This document shows, in pieces, positions 54,225 to 63,418 of a DNA stretch of 64,000 nucleotides (the first letter of the stretch is position 1; each line of letters begins with the position of its first letter). Source of the stretch: Candidatus Aminicenantes bacterium (GTDB taxonomy: Bacteria; Acidobacteriota; Aminicenantia; Aminicenantales; JAFGBC01); the NCBI GenBank assembly GCA_963702005.1, contig OY969696.1, forward strand, positions 3,232,001-3,296,000, in the 5' to 3' direction. The position numbers and the translations under genes are program-made. The notes below the pieces were generated by a model. That model worked only from the letters and a program-made list of their open reading frames with translations, was not told the origin of the DNA and did not search any database.

Positions 54225-55505
54225 ATGAAACGGAAAGACTTTATCGCCTGGAACGCGGCGCTCCTGGGCGGCCTGGCCCTACCCCTGAGGGGCCGGCCGG
54301 CGGCCTCGATCGAAGACATCGGCGCGGCGGCCGCAACCGGCGACGAAGATGTTCTCTGGGACGTCCTCCGCGACCAGTTCCTTCTGGACCCCGAATGGAC
54401 CTTCCTGAACTTCGGCGGTCTCGGGGCCTGCCCCCTGCCGGTCCTCAACAGCCTGGTCGAATGGAACCAGGTCGAGGAGCGGGCCCCCAGCGCCGGACAC
54501 GATGAAAAACTCTGGAACGGGGTCAAGCAGAAGTTGGCCAAGCTCCTGGGGAAATCCTGCCGGATGGAGGACCTGGCCCTGATCGGAGGCGCGACCGAGG
54601 GAGTCAACATGATCGTCAACGGGCTCCCCCTCAAGAAGGGCGACGAGGTCATCACCTCGACCCACGAGCATGTCGCCGTCAACTCGGCCCTCCTCAATCG
54701 GATGCAGAAAGACGGAATCGTCATCCGGCTGTTCGAGCCGGACTTGACAAGCGGGCAGGGCAACGTCGACCGCATCGCCAAGCTCATCAACGGCCGGACT
54801 CGGCTCATCTTCATCAGCCACGTTACCTGCACGACGGGACAGCGCTTCCCCGAGATGGAAATCGGCCGCCTGGCCAAGGAGCGCGGCGTCTGGTTCGCCC
54901 TCGACGGCGCCCAGGCCCCCGTCAACGTCCCGTTCGACATCGTCGACTGCGGAGTCGACTTCTACACCTGCAGCACCCACAAGTGGGTCATGGGACCGAA
55001 GCGGACGGGATTCCTCTATGTCCGGCAGGGGTTGCTCGAGACGCTGCGGCCTCAGACCCTGGGCGGCGGGAGCTCCGAGCGTCAGGATATCTGGAAGAAG
55101 GAGCTCGTCTTCTATCCGACCGCCCAGCGCTACGAATACGGGACCCAGAACGATGCGCTTTTTTACGCCATGGGCAAAGCCATCGACTTCGTGCAGGCCA
55201 TCGGCCCCGAACGAATCTGGACCCGCGGCCGCGCTATGGCCGACCGTTTCTATGAAGGGCTTAAGGACATCCCGGGCGTCGAGAGGCTCTCGCCCGAGGA
55301 GGAGGCCTACCGCTCCTGCATGATCGGGTTCAGGATGAAGACGCACGAATTTACGGCCGTCAACGACCACCTTGCCAAGGACAAGATCCGTGCCCGGCCG
55401 GTAACCGAAGGCAAACTTAACTCGATCCGCGTTTCCTTCTTCCTCAACAACCGGATGGAGGACGTGACCAGGATCCTGGATTCGCTCAAGAAGCTGGCCG
55501 CCTGA
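54225..55505 (+). CDS. Class V aminotransferase (isopenicillin-N-epimerase / C-S lyase-like) with Tat-like signal
   Basis: MKRKDFI leader; LN.G..G, EH, DGAQ and S.HKW (PLP Lys) motifs; no SufS-type catalytic Cys. Confidence 0.88.
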   Translation: MKRKDFIAWNAALLGGLALPLRGRPAASIEDIGAAAATGDEDVLWDVLRDQFLLDPEWTFLNFGGLGACPLPVLNSLVEWNQVEERAPSAGHDEKLWNGVKQKLAKLLGKSCRMEDLALIGGATEGVNMIVNGLPLKKGDEVITSTHEHVAVNSALLNRMQKDGIVIRLFEPDLTSGQGNVDRIAKLINGRTRLIFISHVTCTTGQRFPEMEIGRLAKERGVWFALDGAQAPVNVPFDIVDCGVDFYTCSTHKWVMGPKRTGFLYVRQGLLETLRPQTLGGGSSERQDIWKKELVFYPTAQRYEYGTQNDALFYAMGKAIDFVQAIGPERIWTRGRAMADRFYEGLKDIPGVERLSPEEEAYRSCMIGFRMKTHEFTAVNDHLAKDKIRARPVTEGKLNSIRVSFFLNNRMEDVTRILDSLKKLAA

Positions 55506-55528
55506 GGAATCGGCGACCGGAGAGAACG

Positions 55529-58500
55529 ATGCCCCCTATCATCCGAGTCCTCATGACGCTCATCCTGTCTCTAGGCATGTCCTCAATAATGCGGTCTGGA
55601 TCCGGGAATGCTGCATCGGAGTTCGTCCCGGAAGCGGAATTTTACGGCACCGGGACATGGGACGCCGCGGCGCTCGGGAACCATCGGGCCGTCCTACGGG
55701 TCGAAAGGAAGGCCGACGCCGTTTTCGCCCGTATCCCCTGGCGGCGGCGCGACATCAATCCCCAGGATAAAGCCGTCCTGGTCTACGACGCGGCGACCGG
55801 CAACCGCATCCTCAACGTATACCGCGCAAACATCAACCGCGAGTTCGGAGATATTATCTTCCAGCCGCAAACCGTTCCGGGCGACTATGACTTATACTTT
55901 ATGCCCTACAAGGCCGAGGGCCGCAACTACCCGAAAGTGACCTATCTCGCTCCCGAATCAACCGCAGACGCCTCATGGCTGACCGCGAACAAGCTCGGCC
56001 CGGAGCTATGGACGGAAGCCCGGGCTCGCCTGCTGCCCGCCGCCCGCCTCCTCCAATTCCAGTCGATCGACGCCTTCCATTCCTTCTATCCGATGGAAGT
56101 CATCGCGACCCGCGCCGAAACCGACGCCCTCCTCGCCAAGCACGCCGGCGCCGACTGCCTCGTCTTTCCCGAGAGCCGGGAGTTCCCGATACGGATGTCC
56201 CGTGACCTCCCCTATCGCTGGGTCGAACGAGGTGCGCCCGCTATCGTCCGCGGCCAAGCCGACAAAGGCGAATACTACGCGTTCCAGGCGGGGCTCTGGG
56301 CGGCCCGCAAAGGGATCGAAGACGTCGCAATCCGCTTCTCCGGCCTGCGCCGAAAGAATGGAGCGGATCTTATTCCCGCCTCGGCCTTCACCTGTTACAA
56401 CCTTGAAGGGGTGGACTGGAAAGGGATTGATTTCAAGCGGACCTGCTCCGTCCCCTTGGGACGCATCCAGGCGCTGTGGATGGGCGTCCAGATCCCGGCC
56501 GATGCCGTTGCCGGCGCCTACTCGGGCGACATCATCATCGCGCCCAAAGGGATGGCCGAGACGAAGATCGGGATCGAGCTTGTCGTGACGGATAAGGTCC
56601 TTTCCGACGCCGGCGATAGCGAGCCGCTGCGTCTATCGCGGCTCCGCTGGCTGAACTCCCGGATCGCCCTCGACGACGGGATCGTGAAGCCCTACACGCC
56701 GCTGGCCGTTTCGGGAAGCACGATCGGCTGCCTGGGACGCGAGGTCGGGCTCTCGCCGTCGGGATTCCCCGAGAGCATTCGGAGTTTTTTCGCGCCGGAG
56801 GTGACGCAATTGCGGACGACGCCGGCCGAAATCCTGGCCGCGCCCATCTCGTTCGCGATCGAAACGGCGTCCGGGGAGGTCCTCCGCTTCAAGGGGAACG
56901 GATTCCGGATCACAAAACGGGCCGAGGGCGCTGTCGCCTGGGAAGCGGAAAGCCGCGCCGGCGATTGGACGCTTTCCCTGAAGGCCCAGATGGAGTTCGA
57001 CGGGTTCGTCGATTTTCAAGCCGTTCTCTCCCCTGCCGCGGCCGTTGATGTTAAAGATATCAGCCTCGAAATCCCGGTCTCGCTCCCCGTCGCCAAGTAC
57101 ATGATGGGGATGGGCGTCAAGGGCGGACTCCGCCCCGCCGAGCTTCAATGGCGCTGGGACGAGACCAAGAATCAAGACTCGCTCTGGGTCGGCGACGCCC
57201 ACGCCGGGCTCCAGTGCGCTTTTCGCGACGAGAATTACGTCCGGCCGCTCAACACGAACTTCTACCTCCTCAAGCCGCTCCGGCTGCCGCCCTCTTGGGC
57301 TAACGATGGGAAAGGCGGATTCCATTTCAAGCCCTCTTTCGACGGCCGCACGCTTCTCATGACGGCGACGAGCGGGCCGCGCGAGGTTCGGGCCGGCGAG
57401 CCTCTCCACTTCTATTTCAGCCTCCTCCTGACCCCTTTCAAGCCCCTCGATACCCGCGCCCAATGGTCCACCCGCTACTACCACGCTTTCAAACCGCTCG
57501 ACGAGATTCAGGCGGCGGGCGCCAACACGGTCAACGTCCATCACGCGACGGAGATCAATCCCTTCATCAACTACCCCTTCCTGCGGCCCGCCGAAATGAA
57601 AGCCTACATCGACGACGCCCACGGCCGGGGGATGAAGGTTAAAATCTACTACACCGTCCGAGAGCTCTCGAACCGGGCCGCCGAGCTCTTCGCCCTGACG
57701 AGCCTGGGCGGCGAAGTCCTGATCGGAGGGCCGGGCGGCGGATTCTCCTGGCTCCAGGAGCACCTCGAGCCCGATTATATCGCGGGCTGGTTCGTGCCCG
57801 AGCTCCAGGACGCGGCCCTGATCACGAGCGGAACATCCCGCTGGCACAACTCTTACGTCCAAGGCCTCGACTGGCTCGTCCGCAACGTCGGGATCGACGG
57901 CCTGTACATCGACGACGTCGCCTTTGACCGGACGGTCATGAAGCGGGTCCGCAAGGTCCTGGAGCGGGGACGGCCGGGCGGGGCGCTCATCGACCTCCAC
58001 TCGGCGAACCAGTACAATCCCCGCGATGGATTCGCCAACTCGGCCAACCTCTACCTCGAACACTTCCCCTATCTCGACCGGCTCTGGTTTGGAGAGTACT
58101 TCGACTACGACTCTCCGCCCGATTTCTGGCTGATCGAGGTTTCGGGAATCCCCTTTGGCCTGATGGGCGAGATGCTCGAGAAGGGCGGCAACCCCTGGCG
58201 CGGCATGCTCTACGGGATGACGGCCCGCCTGCCTTGGGCCGGAGATCCACGGCCCCTCTGGAAGTTCTGGGACGCCTTCGGAATTCAGGACACAAAGATG
58301 ATCGGCTACTGGTCTCCGGACTGTCCGGTCCGGACGGGCCGTCCCGACATCCTGGCCACGGCCTACATCAAGGACGGGGCAACCCTGGTTGCGGTCGCGA
58401 GCTGGGCCAAGGCGCCCGCCCGCTTCCCGCTCATCATCGACTGGAAGGCCCTTGGACTCGACCCCCTCCGGACCCGGATGGAAGCGCCGGGCATCTCCGA

Positions 58501-58591
58501 GTTCCAGAAGGAGAAAAGCCTCCCGCCCGGCGATTTCACGGTCGTCGTCGAGTCGGGCCTCGGCCGCCTCTTTATCCTCAGCGAGAAATAA
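55529..58591 (+). CDS. Large exported glycoside-hydrolase-like protein (DUF6067 / GH123-like)
   Basis: Signal peptide; GNHRA, PWRRRD, GE...FQ.G, N.HHA..INP.INYPF, YYT.REL, DGLYIDDVA and LWFGE motifs. Confidence 0.7.
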   Translation: MPPIIRVLMTLILSLGMSSIMRSGSGNAASEFVPEAEFYGTGTWDAAALGNHRAVLRVERKADAVFARIPWRRRDINPQDKAVLVYDAATGNRILNVYRANINREFGDIIFQPQTVPGDYDLYFMPYKAEGRNYPKVTYLAPESTADASWLTANKLGPELWTEARARLLPAARLLQFQSIDAFHSFYPMEVIATRAETDALLAKHAGADCLVFPESREFPIRMSRDLPYRWVERGAPAIVRGQADKGEYYAFQAGLWAARKGIEDVAIRFSGLRRKNGADLIPASAFTCYNLEGVDWKGIDFKRTCSVPLGRIQALWMGVQIPADAVAGAYSGDIIIAPKGMAETKIGIELVVTDKVLSDAGDSEPLRLSRLRWLNSRIALDDGIVKPYTPLAVSGSTIGCLGREVGLSPSGFPESIRSFFAPEVTQLRTTPAEILAAPISFAIETASGEVLRFKGNGFRITKRAEGAVAWEAESRAGDWTLSLKAQMEFDGFVDFQAVLSPAAAVDVKDISLEIPVSLPVAKYMMGMGVKGGLRPAELQWRWDETKNQDSLWVGDAHAGLQCAFRDENYVRPLNTNFYLLKPLRLPPSWANDGKGGFHFKPSFDGRTLLMTATSGPREVRAGEPLHFYFSLLLTPFKPLDTRAQWSTRYYHAFKPLDEIQAAGANTVNVHHATEINPFINYPFLRPAEMKAYIDDAHGRGMKVKIYYTVRELSNRAAELFALTSLGGEVLIGGPGGGFSWLQEHLEPDYIAGWFVPELQDAALITSGTSRWHNSYVQGLDWLVRNVGIDGLYIDDVAFDRTVMKRVRKVLERGRPGGALIDLHSANQYNPRDGFANSANLYLEHFPYLDRLWFGEYFDYDSPPDFWLIEVSGIPFGLMGEMLEKGGNPWRGMLYGMTARLPWAGDPRPLWKFWDAFGIQDTKMIGYWSPDCPVRTGRPDILATAYIKDGATLVAVASWAKAPARFPLIIDWKALGLDPLRTRMEAPGISEFQKEKSLPPGDFTVVVESGLGRLFILSEK

Positions 58592-58666
58592 TTCCGGGGA
58601 CACACGACTTAATTCTTAAGTATAAAAAGGAGTCGTGCGAATTAAGTCGTGTGTCCCCGGAATTAT
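58588..58666. repeat. Perfect 28-bp inverted repeat with 23-bp spacer (MITE/REP-like)
   Basis: ATAATTCCGGGGACACACGACTTAATTC (58588-58615) and its exact reverse complement (58639-58666). Confidence 0.9.
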
Positions 58667-58721
58667 GCCCAGGGAAATGCAACTTTGTGAGGACGGCCCG
58701 AATTCTATATAATGGCATCTT

Positions 58722-59669
58722 ATGTTCGAACCTTATACCGAGCTGGAAAGGCCTAAGCTCCGCGCGCCCGGCGGTTGGGTGGCCGCGGCGCTCGCGGCCT
58801 CCTTGGCCTTCCACGCCGCTCTCATCGTCTGGATCGCCGGCTCCCACGTAACGATCAAGATCTTGGCCTTGCCGTCCGAGGTTCAGGAGGTCCGGATCGT
58901 TCCCAAGATCCCGATGGAAAAACTCGTTCTTCCCAGGGCGGTCGCGCACGCGATCGTCGGGTCCACCGTTTCGGCGGAGACCGCTCCCTCCGCCCCGGCT
59001 AAGGCTTCGGGATCGGAAACCGCCGAACCCGGACCGGGTCCCAGGACCACTTCGAGCGCGCGGGTCCCCATGATCAAAAGCGGCCCCTCCGGCCCGCCGC
59101 CCTCTCCCCTTCCCGAAATCCGGCTTCACCTCGGCTCTCTCTCGGACGCGCGAGGGATCTCCGATTTCATTCTCGTCGTCCCCGCCCCGGGCCAGAAAGG
59201 AACCCCGGGGAAAACGCCCTCGGCGCCGCCGGGCAAAGAGGTCGAAGACCTTTGGGCCTATCTTTATCCCGAGATCCCGGGCGTAGGGGGAGCGGTCGGC
59301 GGCAGGGGCGTCGGCCGCGGCCGCGCCGCCGCGCGGCGCGGCTACGGCGGGCAGCGAGCGGGCGCCGTCATCAGCGTCAAGGACCCGGCCCTCATCGCCT
59401 GGGCCGGAGCGGCCCTGTCCGTCATCATGACCCACTGGAATATGCCCTCCGACCTGCGGACGACGGAGCGGATCCGGGTCGAAATCACGGCCGTCATCCT
59501 GGCGTCGGGAGACGTAACTTCGTTCCATATCCTGAGCTCCTCCCAAAACATTCCCTTCGACCAGGCGGCCCTCGAGGCGCTGCGGGCGAGCGTCCCCTTC
59601 CCCGCTTTTCCGGAGGCGCTCCCCTACTCGAGCATCGAAATCCGGTTTCTGTTCGAGAACAATGGCTAG
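58722..59669 (+). CDS. TonB/TolA C-terminal domain protein
   Basis: TM helix with S...H motif, Pro-rich linker, C-terminal W..P...I..SG.V.....SS....FDQAAL.A..PFP.FP. Confidence 0.8.
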   Translation: MFEPYTELERPKLRAPGGWVAAALAASLAFHAALIVWIAGSHVTIKILALPSEVQEVRIVPKIPMEKLVLPRAVAHAIVGSTVSAETAPSAPAKASGSETAEPGPGPRTTSSARVPMIKSGPSGPPPSPLPEIRLHLGSLSDARGISDFILVVPAPGQKGTPGKTPSAPPGKEVEDLWAYLYPEIPGVGGAVGGRGVGRGRAAARRGYGGQRAGAVISVKDPALIAWAGAALSVIMTHWNMPSDLRTTERIRVEITAVILASGDVTSFHILSSSQNIPFDQAALEALRASVPFPAFPEALPYSSIEIRFLFENNG

Positions 59670-60738
59670 GAAAGCTCTGCTCGCCGCCGCGCTCCTCTGC
59701 CTCGCCCTCTTCGGCTTGTGCGCCCCGGCCGGGGCGGACTGGAAGCAGGATATCCGAAACAAGCTGGGCGCGACGCCGGACTACGAGGCCGCCCGGCAGC
59801 TGCTGCTCGACGCCTGGCCGAACATCGCCGATGATGATCGCGCCTCGGCCGCCCTACTCCTTGCCTACGTCTTCTCTCGATTGGGGAAGCCCGAAGACGA
59901 ATGGACCTGGATCGAATCCTACTTCGAGACCTACGGCGAACGTCAGAACCTCTACACGTTCCTCGACGACTGGTCCCACCAGGCCGTCATGAGCTATGTG
60001 ACGGGTTGGGCCGTCCGCTACCCCCGGGTCGTGGACATTGCATTCGCCGCCGCGCCCAACGCCCCCACCTCCAGCCCGCCCCGCGAGCTTGCCATGGGCG
60101 TGGACATGGCCCGGGAGGCCTACTTCAAGGTCAGCGACGACCGAGGACCCCTCGTCGGCGGCCTTTTCCATAAAGGCTGGAACGTCCTCGCCATCAAAAC
60201 GCCCTCCTTCGAGCAGGCGGGGACCATCGTCTACAATATGGACCTCAAGGCCGGAACGATCTCCGTCCGCAAGAAGATCCGACTGGACGTGGACCTCATG
60301 GAGGAGGAGCCTCCGACGGCCGTTCCGTCCGACCAGCAACCGCCGGCCGGAAAGGGAGCCGCCTCGGCGGGAGAGCCCGATCTCAAGACCAGAGGCTACA
60401 CGCTGTCTTTGTACCTGGACGATCAACTCATCCTGTCCGGGACGAAATTCCCGACCCGGACCGCGGACTACCACATCAACCTCCCGCCTCTCTTCCCGGA
60501 CGGATACAAGCCCTGGCTTCCGCCGAACCGGCAGACCTCGATGGTCACAAATTCGACGTCGATCCTGAGCGCCATCGGCCTGATCGCCGACCTCATCAAG
60601 GGCATTCTCAGCAAGAAGAAAAAGCAGCCCGCCCTCCTCAAAATCCCCAAGACCCGGGAACGGTCGTTCGCCTTCCTCCGCTACGACAAGGCCGGAAGGG
60701 CCCGCGAGGTCCGCGTCCGGCTGACCCTCCAGTATTAA
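59662..60738 (+). CDS. Hypothetical exported protein
   Basis: Signal peptide (AGA|D), helical N-terminal part, beta-rich C-terminal part; 8-nt overlap with the upstream gene. Confidence 0.7.
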   Translation: MARKALLAAALLCLALFGLCAPAGADWKQDIRNKLGATPDYEAARQLLLDAWPNIADDDRASAALLLAYVFSRLGKPEDEWTWIESYFETYGERQNLYTFLDDWSHQAVMSYVTGWAVRYPRVVDIAFAAAPNAPTSSPPRELAMGVDMAREAYFKVSDDRGPLVGGLFHKGWNVLAIKTPSFEQAGTIVYNMDLKAGTISVRKKIRLDVDLMEEEPPTAVPSDQQPPAGKGAASAGEPDLKTRGYTLSLYLDDQLILSGTKFPTRTADYHINLPPLFPDGYKPWLPPNRQTSMVTNSTSILSAIGLIADLIKGILSKKKKQPALLKIPKTRERSFAFLRYDKAGRAREVRVRLTLQY

Positions 60739-60815
60739 GACTTTGACTTGACACGGCGACTTGATATATCTTATCGAAAGGGCCTTGGAGGAATGGGATA
60801 GGGAAGGAGACCTTC

Positions 60816-61238
60816 ATGGCTGAAGTCAAGATCGAACGAAGGACCTGCGATCGCTTCCGGGTCCCCGGGGCCACGGCCTGCTACCAGAGATATTCCACCC
60901 TCATCCCCAAAAAGGGTTTCGCCGAGGAATTCTGCCCGGTCATCGACCTCAGCCGGGGCGGGCTCCGTTTTCTGTCCCAGAAGCAGGTCAAGGTCAAGCA
61001 GAAGCTCTCGCTCGACGTCACCATTCCCGGGGAGAGATCCCCCCTCCTTATGTTCGGGATCGTGCGCTGGGTCGGATTCAATCCGGGCAAGAGCTATAAA
61101 TACCAAGTCGGCATCCAGCTCAATCCCTACGGCGACAAGAAGGGTCAGAATTCGTCAGAGACGCTGGCCAGGCTGACCGCCATGGAAGAAAAGTACCGGG
61201 CCAAGCGGACCGCCGGCGCGACCGAGCCCAAAGCCTGA
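60816..61238 (+). CDS. PilZ-domain protein (intact motifs)
   Basis: ERRTCDRF (RxxxR), DLSRGG and G.VRW; AAGGAG RBS. Confidence 0.88.
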   Translation: MAEVKIERRTCDRFRVPGATACYQRYSTLIPKKGFAEEFCPVIDLSRGGLRFLSQKQVKVKQKLSLDVTIPGERSPLLMFGIVRWVGFNPGKSYKYQVGIQLNPYGDKKGQNSSETLARLTAMEEKYRAKRTAGATEPKA

Positions 61239-61315
61239 GCGGCCTCGGCTCATTACACCCCAGCCGCGCCACCCCACTTTTTCTTTAATGAAGCCGGAAG
61301 AGACGAACGACCGCT

Positions 61316-63418
61316 TCAGGCCTTGGGCTTGATGTCGGCGCCTTTTTCGCTCTTCTCGCCCTCGACCACGATCTGGGAGTAGTCCGCGACCTCGAGGAGG
61401 AGACGGGCGAAGGCCTGGAGCAGGCCGAGTCGGTTCTGGCGGAGCTTCTTGTCCTCGGCCATGACCAGGACCTTGTCGAAGAAGGCGGCCAGCGTCGCCT
61501 GGATCCGGAACAGGATGGTCTGGGCCTGCCCGAAATCGCCCCGGACGATCATGGGCCGGACGTTCTCCTCCATGATCGTGACGCTCGAGTAAAGCTCCCG
61601 CTCCGCCTTCTCCTCGAACGCATCGGGATTGACCTTGGCGGCCGGCTGGTTGCGGAGGATGTTGTTGACCCGCTTGGCCATCAGGATCATCGGCTCGAAC
61701 TGGGGGCTGGCCTTGAGCTTGTCCAGGGCCTTGACCCGGAGGAGGGTGTGGTTGAGGTTCTCGAGGCCGGGAGCGAGCGCGGCGTTGACGAGGTCGTAGC
61801 GGAAGCCCATCCGCTCGTAGATATAGCGGAGCCGTCCCGCGAAGAACTCAAGGCAGTCGGCCTTGACCTCCTTGGCCGGCCGGGTCAGCCGGTCTCCGTA
61901 GACGGTCAAGACTTTGTCGAGAAGACGGGGGAACGAAAACGACAGCTTCCTGTCCAGGACGACCTTGCAGGCTCCCAGGGCGTTGCGGCGGACTCCGAAC
62001 GGGTCGCTTGACCCGGTCGTCTGAACGCCGACCCCGACGACGCCGACGATGGAATCGACCTTGTCGGCCAAGGACAGGACCGCGCCGGCGAGGGCCGCCG
62101 GTGATTCGTCCTCGAGGCCGACCGGCCTGTAGTGCTCATAGATGGCCTGGGCGACGGCCGCCGGGAATCCTTCGGCCCGGGCGAATAGGCCGCCCGCCTT
62201 GCCCTGGAGCGAGGGGAACTCTCGGACGAGCTCGCTGACGAGGTCGGCCTTGGAGAGTTCCGCCGCCTGGACGACATCCTCTTTGGCGCCGGCCGCCTCG
62301 ATCTTGTCGCAGAGATAGGCGGCGATTTTTTTGAGCCGCTGGGTTTTATCGTCGTAGCTTCCCAGCTTCTCCTGGAAGACGACCTGCTTGAGGCCCGGGA
62401 CGCGCTTGCTGAGCGGAACCTTGAGGTCCTGCTCCCAGAAGAAACGGGCGTCCTCGAGCCTGGCCCTGAGAACGCGCTCGTTCCCCTTGACGATCAAGGA
62501 CGAAGCGTCGCCAAGGGCGTCGGCTACGCCGATGAAATAAGGAAGCTGCTTCTTGTCCCGAACGACCGAGAACAGGTGCTGGCCCTCCCTCATGGCCGTG
62601 CTCAGGAGCTCAAGGGGCAAGGCCAGGTAATCTTTTGAGAAGGAGCCGAGCACGACGCAGGGATATTCGACGTCATAGACGAGCTTGTCGAGGAGGGCCT
62701 GATCGGGATGGAGCTTGGCCTTGAGGGGTTCGAGCTGCTCCTCGACCCGGACCAGGATCATGGCTCTGCGCTCTTCGGGATCGATGACGACGCCCCGCTC
62801 TCTCAGGCCGGCCTGATACTCGGCGAAAGACCGGACGGTCAGAGTCCGTGGGTCGTGAATCTTGTGGCCGATCGTCGAGTCGCCCGAGGCGATCCCGGCC
62901 GTTTCAAAGGCGACCGTCTTCCCGCCGAAAAGGCAAAGAAAACCCTGGATGGGACGGGAGAAGCGGAAGGCGAGCGAGCCCCAGCGCATGGTCTTGGGAA
63001 AGGACAACGAGGCGACCAGGCCGGGGAGGAAGGACGCCAGGATTTCCGCGGCCGGCTTTCCGGTCTCGGCCTTCCTGCGGCCCACGTATTCGCCCTTCTC
63101 GGTCCGGACGACTTCGAGCGCCTCGACGCCGATTCCTTGAGACCGGGCAAAACCGAGGGCGGCCGGCGTCGGCGACCCGTCCGGCGCGAAAGCGACGGCC
63201 TTGGAGGGGCCGACGACGATCCGCTCCTTGCTCTCCTGGGACTCGGCCAAGTCGGCCAGAACGATAAGCCTCCGGCAGGTTCCGAAGGTCTTGAGGTCGC
63301 CCGGGGCGACATGGGCGCTGGCGAGCTCCCGCCGCAAGCCGTCGGCGAGCTGCTCGAGGCCGGTCCGGACGTGGTCCGGCGGCATCTCTTCGGTCAGGAT
63401 TTCGAGGAGGAATTCCAT
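61316..63418 (-). CDS. glyS: Glycine--tRNA ligase beta subunit
   Basis: FLLEI.TEE.P, M.WG, F.RP, GNERVLRARL.DA.FF, EFP.LQG and GS.DPF motifs. ATG 63418 overlaps the glyQ stop. Confidence 0.97.
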   Translation of the reverse strand: MEFLLEILTEEMPPDHVRTGLEQLADGLRRELASAHVAPGDLKTFGTCRRLIVLADLAESQESKERIVVGPSKAVAFAPDGSPTPAALGFARSQGIGVEALEVVRTEKGEYVGRRKAETGKPAAEILASFLPGLVASLSFPKTMRWGSLAFRFSRPIQGFLCLFGGKTVAFETAGIASGDSTIGHKIHDPRTLTVRSFAEYQAGLRERGVVIDPEERRAMILVRVEEQLEPLKAKLHPDQALLDKLVYDVEYPCVVLGSFSKDYLALPLELLSTAMREGQHLFSVVRDKKQLPYFIGVADALGDASSLIVKGNERVLRARLEDARFFWEQDLKVPLSKRVPGLKQVVFQEKLGSYDDKTQRLKKIAAYLCDKIEAAGAKEDVVQAAELSKADLVSELVREFPSLQGKAGGLFARAEGFPAAVAQAIYEHYRPVGLEDESPAALAGAVLSLADKVDSIVGVVGVGVQTTGSSDPFGVRRNALGACKVVLDRKLSFSFPRLLDKVLTVYGDRLTRPAKEVKADCLEFFAGRLRYIYERMGFRYDLVNAALAPGLENLNHTLLRVKALDKLKASPQFEPMILMAKRVNNILRNQPAAKVNPDAFEEKAERELYSSVTIMEENVRPMIVRGDFGQAQTILFRIQATLAAFFDKVLVMAEDKKLRQNRLGLLQAFARLLLEVADYSQIVVEGEKSEKGADIKPKA

